Below, one piece after another: positions 1 to 11,372 of a DNA stretch of 46,139 bases. Below the pieces are notes generated by a model. That model was given only the letters and a program-made list of their open reading frames with translations. It was not told the DNA's origin and made no database searches. Source of the stretch: Tortispora ganteri (Eukaryota); NCBI GenBank assembly GCA_003707115.1, contig PPNB01000017.1, positions 124,001 to 170,139 on the forward strand. The letters are read 5' to 3'. Numbering within the stretch: position 1 is the first letter of the stretch; every line of letters starts with the position of its first letter. The translations under genes and the position numbers were made by a program.

Positions 1-50
1 TCTTTTTGAATTGATTGTGCAATTGATATAAGATACAAAACAAAACAAAA

Positions 51-2306
51 ATGTCGACTGGTTTAGAAGCGTTGATTCCTTTGGTAAATCGACTCCAGGA
101 TTTGGTGTTTAACACTATTGGCTCCGATACCTTAGATCTTCCGCAGGTGGTTGTTGTTGGCTCACAGTCAAGCGGAAAGACCTCCGTGCTTGAAAATATT
201 GTAGGAAGAGATTTTTTACCTAGAGGCAGCGGTATTGTGACGCGAAGACCGCTTATTTTGCAGCTGATAAACATAAATTCCCCTCCGGAAGAAACCAACT
301 TCAACTCTACCGACTCGCCTGCAGTGGGCTCGGAGTGGGGTGAGTTTCTTCACTTGCCTGGACGTAAGTTTTACGATTTCTCGGATATAAACCGTGAAAT
401 TCAAAACGAAACATTGCGTCTCGCAGGAAACAATAAGGGAATATCACGCCAACCAATCAACCTTAAGATATTCTCGCCTCATGTCGTCTCTCTCACGTTG
501 GTCGATCTTCCAGGTCTCACAAAGATCCCGATTGGCGACCAACCTACCGATATAGAAAGACAAACCCGTTCGCTTATCTTGGAATACATAGCCAAACCTA
601 ACAGTATAATTTTGGCCGTTTCTCCTGCAAATGTGGATATCGTTAACTCGGAATCTCTTAAATTGGCAAGACAAGTGGATCCCGATGGTAAGCGAACCGT
701 AGGCGTTCTCACCAAACTCGACCTCATGGATCATGGCACGCACGCTTTAGATATATTGTCAGGACGGGTGTACCCTCTTAAACTGGGTTTCATCGCTTTA
801 GTCAACCGTTCTCAGCAAGATATTCAGACTAACCTCCCATTGAAAGATGCTCTCCGACATGAACAGGAGTACTTCGACAATCATTCTGCCTACCGAAATA
901 TCTCTCACCGCTGTGGAACTCTGTATCTCACAAAAACGTTGAATACGCTGCTCATGAATCATATACGCGAGAAGCTTCCTGACATCAAAGCTAGACTTAA
1001 CACACTTATGGGTCAGACCGAGCAAGAGCTCGCTTCTTATGGTGAGACTACTTTCATAGGGAAAGAAAACCGAGGATCTTTGATTTTGCAGCTTATGACC
1101 AAATTTGCTACTAGTTTCATTGCTTCGATCGATGGTACATCTTCCGATATTTCTGTTAAAGAGCTCTGTGGAGGTGCTAGAATTTATTACATTTATAATG
1201 ATGTATATGGCACGGCGCTATCCCAGATTGATCCTACTGCCAACCTTTCTACCCGAGATATCCGCACTGCTATCCGCAACTCTACTGGCCCTAGAGCATC
1301 TCTTTTTGTTCCAGAGTTAGCTTTTGATTTGCTGGTGCGACCTCAGATTACCCTCTTAGCTCAACCGAGCCAAAGATGCGTCGAACTTGTTTACGAAGAA
1401 TTAATGAAAGTTTGCCATAACTGTGGAACCCGTGAATTAAGCCGCTATCCTAGATTGCAGGCTAAACTGATTGAAGTCGTCTCGGAACTTCTTAGAGAAC
1501 GACTTGGACCAACTTCTGCTTATGTTGAAAGCCTAATTGCCATCAATCAGGCGTATGTCAATACAAACCATCCTAGCTTTGTTGGGGCAGCAACAGCTAT
1601 GACAAGTGTCCTACAAGACCGTCAAAGTCGCGAATTGGACACCTCTCAGCACCTAAAGAGCTTACGTTTAGATGAAGATAATTCTGATATCTCTTCTAAC
1701 CATTCTGATTTGCAAAATACCAGTACGGCAACGGGAGAAACTCAGACACACTCTCGTTCTCGTTCTTCAGCAGATTCGGCCATTAGTGACATTCCTACCG
1801 GTTCATTAAGCAACGGCGTTAATTCTGGTCCTGGAGGGAACAAGGATTTATTTTTGAACTACTTTTTTGGAAAGGAAGATAGAAGCCTCGGAATGAATGG
1901 CTTCATAAGCCGCTCGGACAAGAGCAGGTCCGTGCAACTGAATAGTTTCTCGAGCACCATAAATGAAGACACACCTGGAGTCAACAGATTAAACAAGAGC
2001 ACAGATGACGAGAACTTATCTGATCGCGAATATCTGGAAACAGAGCTGATAAGACGGTTAATTACCTCTTATTTTAATATTGTCCGTGAAATGATTCAAG
2101 ACCAAGTACCAAAGGCTGTTATGCATTTGTTGGTGAATTTTAGCAAGGAGTCTATTCAAAATAGATTAGTTGCCGAGCTGTATAAAGAAGCTTTGTTCGA
2201 TGAATTGTTGCATGAGGATGATAATCTTGCTGAAGACCGAGCCAAGTGTGCTCAGCGCCTAGAAACTTATCGCCAAGCAGCGAAGATTGTGTCTGAAGTC
2301 ATTTGA
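51..2306 (+). CDS. DNM1: Dynamin-related GTPase, mitochondrial fission
   Basis: GSQSSGKT P-loop, DLPG, TKLD, middle domain, low-complexity B insert with FLNYFFGK motif, C-terminal GED (QDQVPKAVMHLLVN). Confidence 0.92.
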   Translation: MSTGLEALIPLVNRLQDLVFNTIGSDTLDLPQVVVVGSQSSGKTSVLENIVGRDFLPRGSGIVTRRPLILQLININSPPEETNFNSTDSPAVGSEWGEFLHLPGRKFYDFSDINREIQNETLRLAGNNKGISRQPINLKIFSPHVVSLTLVDLPGLTKIPIGDQPTDIERQTRSLILEYIAKPNSIILAVSPANVDIVNSESLKLARQVDPDGKRTVGVLTKLDLMDHGTHALDILSGRVYPLKLGFIALVNRSQQDIQTNLPLKDALRHEQEYFDNHSAYRNISHRCGTLYLTKTLNTLLMNHIREKLPDIKARLNTLMGQTEQELASYGETTFIGKENRGSLILQLMTKFATSFIASIDGTSSDISVKELCGGARIYYIYNDVYGTALSQIDPTANLSTRDIRTAIRNSTGPRASLFVPELAFDLLVRPQITLLAQPSQRCVELVYEELMKVCHNCGTRELSRYPRLQAKLIEVVSELLRERLGPTSAYVESLIAINQAYVNTNHPSFVGAATAMTSVLQDRQSRELDTSQHLKSLRLDEDNSDISSNHSDLQNTSTATGETQTHSRSRSSADSAISDIPTGSLSNGVNSGPGGNKDLFLNYFFGKEDRSLGMNGFISRSDKSRSVQLNSFSSTINEDTPGVNRLNKSTDDENLSDREYLETELIRRLITSYFNIVREMIQDQVPKAVMHLLVNFSKESIQNRLVAELYKEALFDELLHEDDNLAEDRAKCAQRLETYRQAAKIVSEVI

Positions 2307-2406
2307 ACGAACTTAGAGATACTGCAAATGAAAAGTGAGAAGGTCCATACATAGAGTAGGATGAGTATTGAATGTATATATATTTTATCTTGTCCATAGG
2401 ACGTTG

Positions 2407-3618
2407 CTATTTTTGGGTCTGCAGTTCGGTACTCAATACCCTGAATCTAGAATAGAAAGTGTCAATATCCGAGTACGTGCCTTTGAGCCATCTAGATCCT
2501 GTCTTCAGGTCGAATAACCTTCTGGCATGCAAAGATCGACGGTTGAAAAATATCACTGTTTCTCCTGCGTCCATTTTTCGTTCAAGTTGGTTTGCAGGGT
2601 CGTTGATGTACTCTTCAAAGAGCCGAAGTGCGTTATAAAACTTTTTAATGTTAAGCGGACTACTGGATTGTTCGATGTTATACTCAAATGGTCCTTGAAA
2701 AGGCGGCGAATAGTTGATATGTTTGATTGGAGGCAAGCCATCTTTGTCCACCCCATACGGATCTTCCACTATGAAAGGTCTTGTGCAGTGATAGTGGTGT
2801 CCGTCGTTGACATAATGGAATGTGACTGGAAAATTGCAAAGGATAGTGTATCCTTCAGGGTCTACAGATCTCACATGCTTTGCAGCAGCAAAAGAGTCCG
2901 CAAACAAAGATGCTCCGCCAGTAGCATCATTAGCAATACAGTGTAAATACTGCAGTCCTGGAGGAGACTCGTAATACAGTAAATCCATATGAAGGGGGAG
3001 AAAAACATTCGTGTAAGCAATGTTTTTTGCATCAGGTACGGATCTGACGTCCCAAGAACGACCATAAAACGTCTCTTTGATATAACCAACTCGTCGGGCT
3101 ATTGCTTCGACAACGATCTCGCCATTCAGCTTTTCCTGGGTTGGGCCATCAGTTAAGAAGACAAGGCCATACTTGTTAAGACTGGTGAGAGCTTGAAGTA
3201 AAGTTTCGTCATTGCGCATGTAGTCATTAAATGGAATACTGATCGATTCATGGGTTAGTGTAGCCCAATCGCCATCATTTGAATCTAGCAGTCGAGACTC
3301 TCGTATAGACCGCAGGCTTGAGTATCTGTTTATAAAAGAGGAGGAGTATTTGCTTACATGCCCTGAGTTCCATGTGACTTTGTATCCGTCTTCGTCCGGA
3401 TGTAAAGATTGAATCTGCGTGTTTTCAGGTAGCTCGGCAGTCGAGAAAGTCTTTTGTTTTGTATCGGGCATTACACATTCATGGCAGTTGCAGGCGTCTC
3501 TCAAAAACAGCGGATCAAGTTGTCGGAGCCGCTTTTCGAGAATCGAAGAAACATATCTCCGAGCAGTCAAAGGGCTCTGGGTGAGTCTCGGCAGGATTCT
3601 CGATCTGAACCTTTTCAT
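2407..3618 (-). CDS. Gamma-butyrobetaine dioxygenase-like Fe(II)/2-oxoglutarate enzyme (TauD/TfdA; AIM17/BBH-like), probably mitochondrial
   Basis: Arg-rich presequence, LRDACNCHEC Zn motif, NIAYT, LPLHMDLLYYESPPG (HxD), FNRRSLHAR, RWLKGTY. Confidence 0.85.
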   Translation of the reverse strand: MKRFRSRILPRLTQSPLTARRYVSSILEKRLRQLDPLFLRDACNCHECVMPDTKQKTFSTAELPENTQIQSLHPDEDGYKVTWNSGHVSKYSSSFINRYSSLRSIRESRLLDSNDGDWATLTHESISIPFNDYMRNDETLLQALTSLNKYGLVFLTDGPTQEKLNGEIVVEAIARRVGYIKETFYGRSWDVRSVPDAKNIAYTNVFLPLHMDLLYYESPPGLQYLHCIANDATGGASLFADSFAAAKHVRSVDPEGYTILCNFPVTFHYVNDGHHYHCTRPFIVEDPYGVDKDGLPPIKHINYSPPFQGPFEYNIEQSSSPLNIKKFYNALRLFEEYINDPANQLERKMDAGETVIFFNRRSLHARRLFDLKTGSRWLKGTYSDIDTFYSRFRVLSTELQTQK

Positions 3619-3925
3619 CTACGCTAAATGTGGGGTGATGCGCTGAACGACAACAACGTTCGTTGTTATGCCATTTCGGGTTACTACCTATTTTCGGGTG
3701 AAGCATACTTTAGTCTCTATGTATCTCTAATGCGAAAAGGTCCGCTTTATTAGTACAGCAATTGCAGGGACAGTATTAAAATTAATAATAATAAGTTAAA
3801 GCCTGTATATTTTATGTGCACCAATAAAGAATAAAAAAGACAGAAACTCGTGACAGTAAAGCAACCAGGGCGCACTATAAGCAACAAGAGGGTAATGAAC
3901 TTGCAGCTTTACGCCTACTCAGGTA

Positions 3926-5317
3926 TCATGATTGTATGGCCCTAAAATTAGAACTGTGATAGTGCGTTTTCAAAGCATGCAAGATAATGTACTCATAGTC
4001 GCTAGCAGCCTGGACTAGGCTGTCGCGACTAATATACTCATGGTCAGTGTTAGCCTGATTCAAATTCCCCGGTCCATACGCATATAACACAGGGCGATCG
4101 TTTCTTTCAGGGTAGATCAACGGCGTATAATCAATTGCTGAGCCTGATATGTCTTTTTTCATTGAAGGAATATCGTTCACAAATATGAGAGGTGGATGCA
4201 GCGATTTCACAGAATACTCAACCAGTTTGCTTCCGCTAAATATACGATTGATCTTCTTGACTGCAGAGTTGAATCCTGCCGGAATTCTAACAGAAAAAAA
4301 ACTCTCAGCAGATTCAGCTACCTCATCGCGACCAATTCCAGAAGTCATATAAGAGATTGTAATAGTTGGGTTGCCCAGAATACGTGATCTAGAAAGGCGA
4401 AGCGTTTCTAATCGTCGTAGCAGCTTAACCATCATACTTACTGCACTGCCTTTGTTCAAAAATGAAAAAAAATGCTTATCCTTATCCGTATAAGTTTTCA
4501 CGCCTGCCCATAAGAAACCTTTTTGGCCAATAAGGAGACGGTTTTCCGATGCCTCTCCTATAATAATAGCAGCGGGTAGCTTATCTTCAAAGAGCTTAGA
4601 GGCGTGCAGTAGTGGACGTGGATCTGAGCCATCTCCGGCAACTAGAAGCACACCAAGGTCTTCTGGGGCGACTTTTCGAAGCTTTACCAAACGTTCCATG
4701 GTATGTATCATGGTGGCCATGGATGCTTTCCAAGAGGCAGCGCCTGTGCCATATATTCTGTCGACATCTTTGTAAAAGGGAACGATAGCCGCAGGAGAAA
4801 CGTAGGGACCAGCGAGGGGGGAATCGTGACCCCAGTCATCACCAATGAAGGAAACTAGGAGAACTTTTGGAGTCTCAGCGCGGGAACCGGCATAGATGTA
4901 AGCGTTTGCAGCAGGGAAAGTCGTAGGTATAGGTGAGTTAGCTGAGATATTTGAATTTGTGTCAAGCAATGTTTTGAAGCTGTCAAAGCTAGTCATGGTA
5001 TGCTTTATGGAAGTGGAGTTCTCGAAGTCTCCGAGGACAGAGAATTCAATATTCATTCCCCTTGAAGGGATGTATTTATTAAGCAATTCCAGCGTCGCAG
5101 AAAGACTAGACTCTTTGCGTTGACCAAGGCAAACAAGTACTTGATGAAGGATTCCCAGAGAAGGATTGAGTCCTGTCGGTAGCCATTCGGATTCTGTGTC
5201 CGAGTTATAGTACTGAACATCGAGGGCTTTGGTGTCGGCAGAGACAGCCGCTTCCTCATTCAGCGGAAAAGCAGTCGTGAATGCACGCAGAAGTGCTAAC
5301 AGCAAGCCGAATTTCAT
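3926..5317 (-). CDS. Secreted M20/M25/M40 peptidase-fold protein, metal ligands degenerate
   Basis: Signal peptide MKFGLLLALLRAFTTA; M20 scaffold motifs IYGTGA, IIGEASENRL..GQKG, YGPGN..ANTDHEYI. Confidence 0.7.
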   Translation of the reverse strand: MKFGLLLALLRAFTTAFPLNEEAAVSADTKALDVQYYNSDTESEWLPTGLNPSLGILHQVLVCLGQRKESSLSATLELLNKYIPSRGMNIEFSVLGDFENSTSIKHTMTSFDSFKTLLDTNSNISANSPIPTTFPAANAYIYAGSRAETPKVLLVSFIGDDWGHDSPLAGPYVSPAAIVPFYKDVDRIYGTGAASWKASMATMIHTMERLVKLRKVAPEDLGVLLVAGDGSDPRPLLHASKLFEDKLPAAIIIGEASENRLLIGQKGFLWAGVKTYTDKDKHFFSFLNKGSAVSMMVKLLRRLETLRLSRSRILGNPTITISYMTSGIGRDEVAESAESFFSVRIPAGFNSAVKKINRIFSGSKLVEYSVKSLHPPLIFVNDIPSMKKDISGSAIDYTPLIYPERNDRPVLYAYGPGNLNQANTDHEYISRDSLVQAASDYEYIILHALKTHYHSSNFRAIQS

Positions 5318-5692
5318 TGTATAGGAGTAAGAAGTTAGATACAGCAGAGAAAAACAGGAACAAATATGTCGTTAAAAGAGCTGCTTAATCGTGGGGGGAT
5401 CAGCGACCCTTTAATATGACACTTTGAGGGGCCCATGTGGGTTCTGCCAACGGAAACAACGCCAGTTCGATAGACATGAACAATTAAATAAACGCCATAG
5501 ACCCTTGTGGTTTAATTTTAATCAGCAGAGATCATCAACTTCCTGAATGGTTGAATCGAATAAATGCCCTTGATCTCAAGAAAGTAAGGGGGTGATTGGT
5601 ACGAGATAGGTTGCTACGCCGCCCTGTATAAGGGACACCTCAACACTATTCTCGACCCTTTCCTACCATAACCGCAAGCTAACAGAATCAGT

Positions 5693-7015
5693 ATGAAATT
5701 ATTGTATCTGGGGTTCTTAGGCGTTGTTTCGGCAACAATTGAATCAAATATAGTAGCCAAAAATGTTGCACGAATGATTGTGCCGCGATACGGCCATCAC
5801 GTTGAAATTACTTCTTTGATTCTCGTTAACCAAGGTGATGAGCCTATTCACGAGCTCTATCTGCCTCCTGCTGACAGATACGAGTATCAGTATTCACCAA
5901 TTTCTGTAGTCGAAGAAGCCGAAGGTGGTCTTTACAAAGTCAAGCTTTCCGAACCTATACCTCCCCACGAAGGCGCTGTCGTTGGAATGCGCAAAAACGT
6001 CCTTCACCAGCTAAAACCGTACCCCAGCAAGATTAAAATGGGTGCCCACCAATACCTTGGCTGGACCGGCTCTATCAAAATTGATTTACCTTTCCCGGTA
6101 ACTGATTACGAGTTTAAGTTCAACTGCGGAACGCAAATCGAATCTATTAACTCTACAGATCTCTCTGTAGATGGGTCACAAGCACGCGTCGGCCCAATAG
6201 ACCTTGACTCGCTCTCCGACGATCCTGTTTTTATCCGTTTCCTCGGTGACTATCCTTTGCCTGTCGTCCGACAGCTCACAAGAGACATATGGGTCTCACA
6301 CCATGGTGGATCACTGTCTGTCCAGGAGCGTTATGAATTGAGCAACAGTGGTGCAGTTCTGGCAGAACCTTTTTCCAGACTTCATTTTATGGTCAACGCT
6401 CAAACTCAGTCTCCTCTTAATGCCATGAACAGCTTTGATATAGCTCTAGAACCTGGAATACGTGGTGCCTACTTTGTTGACGATATAGGTAATGTGTCCA
6501 CTTCAAACTTGCGTCTCGAGAAGGAAAAATCAATCTGGAGTATCCGCCCTCGCTACCCTCTTTTTGGCTCATGGAATTACTCTTTCACCGTTGGATGGGA
6601 TTCAGACCTTTCAAACTATCTCAGAGTACCATCTAAGGCTCACCATATTCTGCAAGTCCCTTTGATTCAAGGACCGGAAAGCTTCACTTACGATGATGTC
6701 TCTGTCAATATCTTCCTTCCCGAGGGCGCTACCAACATAAAACTCAGCAGCCCGCTGCCTCCCCTCTCGGAAACACGATTCAATCACTTCTGGTTTTTAG
6801 ATTCTACAGGAAGACCTTCAATCTCTCTCACATTCTCTGGGCTCACAGACGACGACACACAACGTTTCATATACGTGGAATACGATTACACTTCAATAGC
6901 TTTGATGCAGAAGCCACTGGTCATTTTCAGCGTGTTGTTGTTCCTCTTTACGATAGCCTACGGAATCAAAATTGACATTTTAGGATTATCACGCACTAAG
7001 CGCAAAACTGCTTAG
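5693..7015 (+). CDS. OST1: Oligosaccharyltransferase alpha subunit (ribophorin I)
   Basis: Signal peptide, RDIWVSHHG, YFVDDIGNVSTSN, RPRYPLFGSWNYSFTVGW, LPEGA, FLDSTGRP, C-terminal TM. Confidence 0.92.
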   Translation: MKLLYLGFLGVVSATIESNIVAKNVARMIVPRYGHHVEITSLILVNQGDEPIHELYLPPADRYEYQYSPISVVEEAEGGLYKVKLSEPIPPHEGAVVGMRKNVLHQLKPYPSKIKMGAHQYLGWTGSIKIDLPFPVTDYEFKFNCGTQIESINSTDLSVDGSQARVGPIDLDSLSDDPVFIRFLGDYPLPVVRQLTRDIWVSHHGGSLSVQERYELSNSGAVLAEPFSRLHFMVNAQTQSPLNAMNSFDIALEPGIRGAYFVDDIGNVSTSNLRLEKEKSIWSIRPRYPLFGSWNYSFTVGWDSDLSNYLRVPSKAHHILQVPLIQGPESFTYDDVSVNIFLPEGATNIKLSSPLPPLSETRFNHFWFLDSTGRPSISLTFSGLTDDDTQRFIYVEYDYTSIALMQKPLVIFSVLLFLFTIAYGIKIDILGLSRTKRKTA

Positions 7016-7223
7016 TATAATATGCAAAAAAATATAAGCATCTCTATGTTCTTTTGCTCATTAACTCTCGCGACGATTTTTTTGGTTGCCATGGCCAGCG
7101 GCCTACCACTCACCTTAGATTATTATTTACACCCATTGCTGCAGATTGAAAGTTTACTTACCTTTGTAAACAACCCACCTCTATTATATAAAAATACGCA
7201 ACTTTCCTATACCATTACTTTAA

Positions 7224-9439
7224 ATGGACGATAAGCCGTATCTTGAGCCTGGTAAGTAGATATTTTTGGCTATTTTAGTTGAAGATATTTGTCCTGTCAA
7301 CTCTGTGCCGTTGCTAACACCTGCTATAAGACTTCGACCCCAACTCTTTAAGAGTGGCCGACCTTAGGCGCATCCTTTTGGAGAATGATGTTGACTATTT
7401 ATCCTCTGCCAAGAAGAAGGATCTGGTAAGCATCTTCAAAGAGAACATTACGCCTCATGCCGCTGAAATGAGAGCCAGAGATGCTGCGATTCAGCGTTCT
7501 GCTCTCGGTATTGTGGATGCTGAGAAAGATACCCCTCCTAAGTCAAAAGCTAGAACTTCTCGGTCCCGTTCCCCTTCAAAACGATCCTCTGATTCTGCAA
7601 AGTCTAAATCACGTAAATCAGATCCGGAAAATCAACCGGAAACTGAAAAAGAGGATCAATTAGCACGAGAAACAACGTTCGCCTCGCCCTCCAAGAAGAA
7701 GCCAAAGACGGAACGTAAACGCAAAAGTGAAGCAAAAGAACCAAAGTCTTCATCTAAAAGACAGAAAGCCAAAGAACCACTGACAGAAGATAATGAACCA
7801 GACGATAAACGTCATCAGCGTGCCTCCACTCCTGTTCTGAAAGCAGATACACCTCAGTCGACTGATCTAGATACTCCATCCCCTAAGAAGAGATACCGCA
7901 AATTAGGCAAGACTCCTATATCACCCGCAGACGCTATGGAAGAAGATAAATTACCTGAACGGGTACCGGTTCCGATACCAATTGCTCTATCTTCGTCACC
8001 GAGAAATAGAGACTCCTTTTCTTCATTCAATTACTTTCAGTCTCCTAGAACAAGCGAGGAATACCCCGTATCTCCCCAGAAAAGCAGCCGGAAGTCTCAG
8101 TCGATTATTTCTCAAGTGCGTCAATCTCCTACTAAATCACATTCATCTTCACCGTCTGATGTGAGAATATCTGCGAAGTTCTCAAAACCATTCACCGAAA
8201 GCCCGCCAATACTTAATTTGCCCTTGAATCCTGAAGAAGTAGAGCAACATATTATAGACGGCAATGACACTAATACTAAAAGCAAATTGTCGCTTTCTTT
8301 TTTAAAATACTTTTTGTTTTCCGTCACTGTGGTTCCATTCTTATTATTTGGTGCATGGTGGATGCAGGAGAGATTTCAGATTGGATATTGCGAGGTTCTA
8401 CTTGATAATGGAAAAACATTTAAGAACTATCCTAATCAACTGCTCAATATACTTGCTCCAGAATGTGTTCCGTGTCCGGAACACGCGCAGTGCTACCCTT
8501 ATATGGTTGCAAAATGCAACCAAGATTATCTGATTAAGTATCCTTGGTATTCGTTTGAAGGAGCTCTACCATTTGCTCCTAAGTGTGTACCAGATACTCG
8601 AAGGTTGAAGCGAATTCAGAGAATAAAAGAAGAAACTATTGAAGTTCTACGAAATCACCATGCTAAAGTAATATGTGGTGAAAAAAATGACGAAGATTCG
8701 GGAATTTCCACCCTATCTTTGAAAGACAAAGTGCTAGAAAGAAAGAAGGTAAGTAAAAGGTCCAATGGAGAATCATATTCTACAAGATTTACTAACATGT
8801 TTAACTAGTTATCGATACCTGGTGATGAGTTTGATGATCTATGGCAGGAGGCTCTTTCTGAAGTAGAGAAAGAAGAAGAAGTTATTGTAAGGCAAGCTAA
8901 TTTTTTTTATTTTTTATTTTGACTGAACCAAGTTTACTAACTGTTTTATTTAGGTATATGGAAGAGGGACAGATGAAGCTCTCAAGTTCTCGAGCAACTC
9001 GCGAGCCAATATCGGAATCGTCTGTGCAGTTCGATTATCAATACGAGCATGGTTGGTCAGATATAGATTCGCGATTATCGGAATTCTGCTAAGTATTATT
9101 GGCATTAAGTATGTTGAGATTAAATTGAGATCGCGAAAGCAATTTCGAGCGCGAGTTAATAAACTAGCTCAGTTTGTTATAGAGCGTCTTGCTGGCCAGG
9201 CTGAGAAAGCTGATGGAGATAGTTTTGGCAGAACCGAGAGGTTTATTGCATCGGTTCAGTTGCGTGATATTGCATTAGCACGTGAGATGAACGGTAAAGT
9301 GAGGAAACAGTTATGGACTGCTGTTCAAAAGAAAGTTGAATCCAATACTAATGTTCAAGTGCGCCAATTGGAACTTCATGGAGAAATAATGAACGTATGG
9401 GAATGGGTTGGTGGACCACTTCCTAAGAACGAGATGTAA
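7224..9439 (+). CDS. SRC1: Inner nuclear membrane LEM/HeH-MSC protein (Src1/Heh1/Man1); exons 7224-7251, 7331-8748, 8809-8886, 8954-9439
   Basis: Spliced N-terminus MDDKPYLEPDFDPNSLRVADLRRILLENDVDY is a HeH motif; TM followed by GYC, CVPCPEHAQC; second TM and WEW C-terminus; three introns with GTAAGT/GTAAGG donors, GCTAAC/ACTAAC branch points and AG acceptors join in frame. Confidence 0.88.
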
Positions 9440-9636
9440 TATATATATGTATACAATGATTTCATATATACTTTAGTTTATTATTCGGAGTATTCTTGTA
9501 GCTTACATGAGCTGAGACAAACTGCAGCAAGATCATGAATAGGGATTTCTCGGCAGGCGGGAGTTAAAACTTATATATCGACCTACAACCCTTTGGATTA
9601 TAAGGTGGTGTAAGCCGAGAATTGTATTTATTCACA

Positions 9637-11358
9637 ATGAATCAATTGCGCGATTACAGAAATGCAGCTAAAATTATCAAACTTTTATCGATGAGATCAT
9701 TTTCTATGAGTCGATACAATTACAAAAGAGTTGCTATTGTCGGTGCAGGATGGTCGGGATTGACATCAGCGTATTTCTTAAATAGATGTCTTGATCTTGA
9801 GGCGCAACTTGGACCTGAATTTGAATTAAACGAGGCAGATGATGTTCATGTTACAATATTTGAGAAAGATTCTAAAGTAGGTGGCAGAATTTCCACTACA
9901 AGGTACCAATCTGATGAGACTGGTGTTGATATTAATATCGAATCAGCGGCTAGAACTCTGAAGACCGGTACCATTGGCCTATATAGTTATCTTGAGTACG
10001 ACTTACTTAAACATACCGGCATTATTAATACAGAATTGAGTAGTCTTGGTCCTGGTCGCGAACCACCTCCTATGAGATTCGTGTACTACAATAACAGATT
10101 GTGGCCTGCGCACATCTTCACCATGATGATTCCTGGTAACCCTATTCTGAAAACACTGGTCGAAATTTTTAAGAATATAGGTATGTCCAAAGAGGATATG
10201 GAGTTCTTGTTAAGCCGACCAGATTTCTCAGTAAAAGAATTCGTCACGCATTTGCTGCCTGAAGGCGGTAGTGCCTTGTGCAGTGCGCTTTGTAATGGCA
10301 TTTATGGCACAAATTGGGAAAATGTCAGTGTTTGTACTGCTATGCCTCGATTGTATGAATGTGCCTTGGAATTCGCTAGCACTTATGAAATCAGCGGAAG
10401 CAGATGGAAGGCGATTATGGCCGCAAGGGAGGTCATGCTTAGCTCTTTCGCCTCTCTGCGCTTACCTTTCAAAGTCATGAGTCCTCAAGGCGCGAATTTC
10501 TGGCATTCTTTCTCTCGCTCTAAATTGGAAAACGAGGCTAAGGACGTTGAATTTCTCAGTTATGCTGCAAGAGGATACGTAGCGTTTAAAAGGGGTATGC
10601 AAAGCTTTCACGAAGATCTGGCTAATTTTCTTTTAGAACGCACAAGTACTAACATAAAAACCAATACCTCTGTTACAAAGATATTGAAAAAAGACGACAA
10701 AATAAGTGTCGAATATGTGACTGCTGATGGCAATCCTTGCTCAGAAGTCTACGACCATGTTATTTGCACTTCTCCCTTTGAGCATCTAAGGGACATAGTG
10801 GACGCAGAAGAGCCTATGCCGAATTTGAATACATTCTCGAGCACAAAACTTGACTTGGTTTCAATGTACTTCCCCGAAAGGATTAATTTTCCGAAAGCGT
10901 TTGGGTATCTATACTCTAGGCATAAGACGACTAACAGCAATGGCCTCCTGGGCGTAGCTTTTGATTCTGACGTTAATCCGTACACTATTTGCGAAAACGG
11001 TGAGCCGTCAGACAAGGGGCGTTTAATTACTGCGATGCGCGAGAATGACGGAATGTCTACTGAGAGCCAGACACTAGAAGAGACATGTCGCACCTTGTCG
11101 GACCATTTGATGCAAAATATAGACCCAGAAATTGCAGTGGTACAAACCAAGGAGATACCAACGCCAATGCCTGGGCACTTAAAGGAGTTGAAGATTCTTC
11201 ACGAATGGTTGTTTTTGAACTTCCAGGGCAAGTTATCAGTAGTCGGAGCGCCGTACCTGAATATTGGCATGTCAAGTTGCATTGAACAGTCTTTTCTGAC
11301 GGCGTATGAAATCCTGAAGCAACAGTCGACAGGTTTGTCGCTGGCTTATCAAATGTGA
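9637..11358 (+). CDS. HEM14: Protoporphyrinogen oxidase (divergent)
   Basis: VAIVGAGWSGL FAD site, FEKDSKVGGRI, ESAARTL, GIYG, AFGYL, LLGVAFDSD, IGMSSCI; first ATG 9637 (track start is TTG 9622). Confidence 0.75.
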   Translation: MNQLRDYRNAAKIIKLLSMRSFSMSRYNYKRVAIVGAGWSGLTSAYFLNRCLDLEAQLGPEFELNEADDVHVTIFEKDSKVGGRISTTRYQSDETGVDINIESAARTLKTGTIGLYSYLEYDLLKHTGIINTELSSLGPGREPPPMRFVYYNNRLWPAHIFTMMIPGNPILKTLVEIFKNIGMSKEDMEFLLSRPDFSVKEFVTHLLPEGGSALCSALCNGIYGTNWENVSVCTAMPRLYECALEFASTYEISGSRWKAIMAAREVMLSSFASLRLPFKVMSPQGANFWHSFSRSKLENEAKDVEFLSYAARGYVAFKRGMQSFHEDLANFLLERTSTNIKTNTSVTKILKKDDKISVEYVTADGNPCSEVYDHVICTSPFEHLRDIVDAEEPMPNLNTFSSTKLDLVSMYFPERINFPKAFGYLYSRHKTTNSNGLLGVAFDSDVNPYTICENGEPSDKGRLITAMRENDGMSTESQTLEETCRTLSDHLMQNIDPEIAVVQTKEIPTPMPGHLKELKILHEWLFLNFQGKLSVVGAPYLNIGMSSCIEQSFLTAYEILKQQSTGLSLAYQM

Positions 11359-11372
11359 ATAGCATTTACAGT

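Noticed and set aside
7022..7234. 70-aa hydrophobic ORF
   Set aside because: Spans the OST1 3' region and SRC1 promoter/first exon; no recognisable motif
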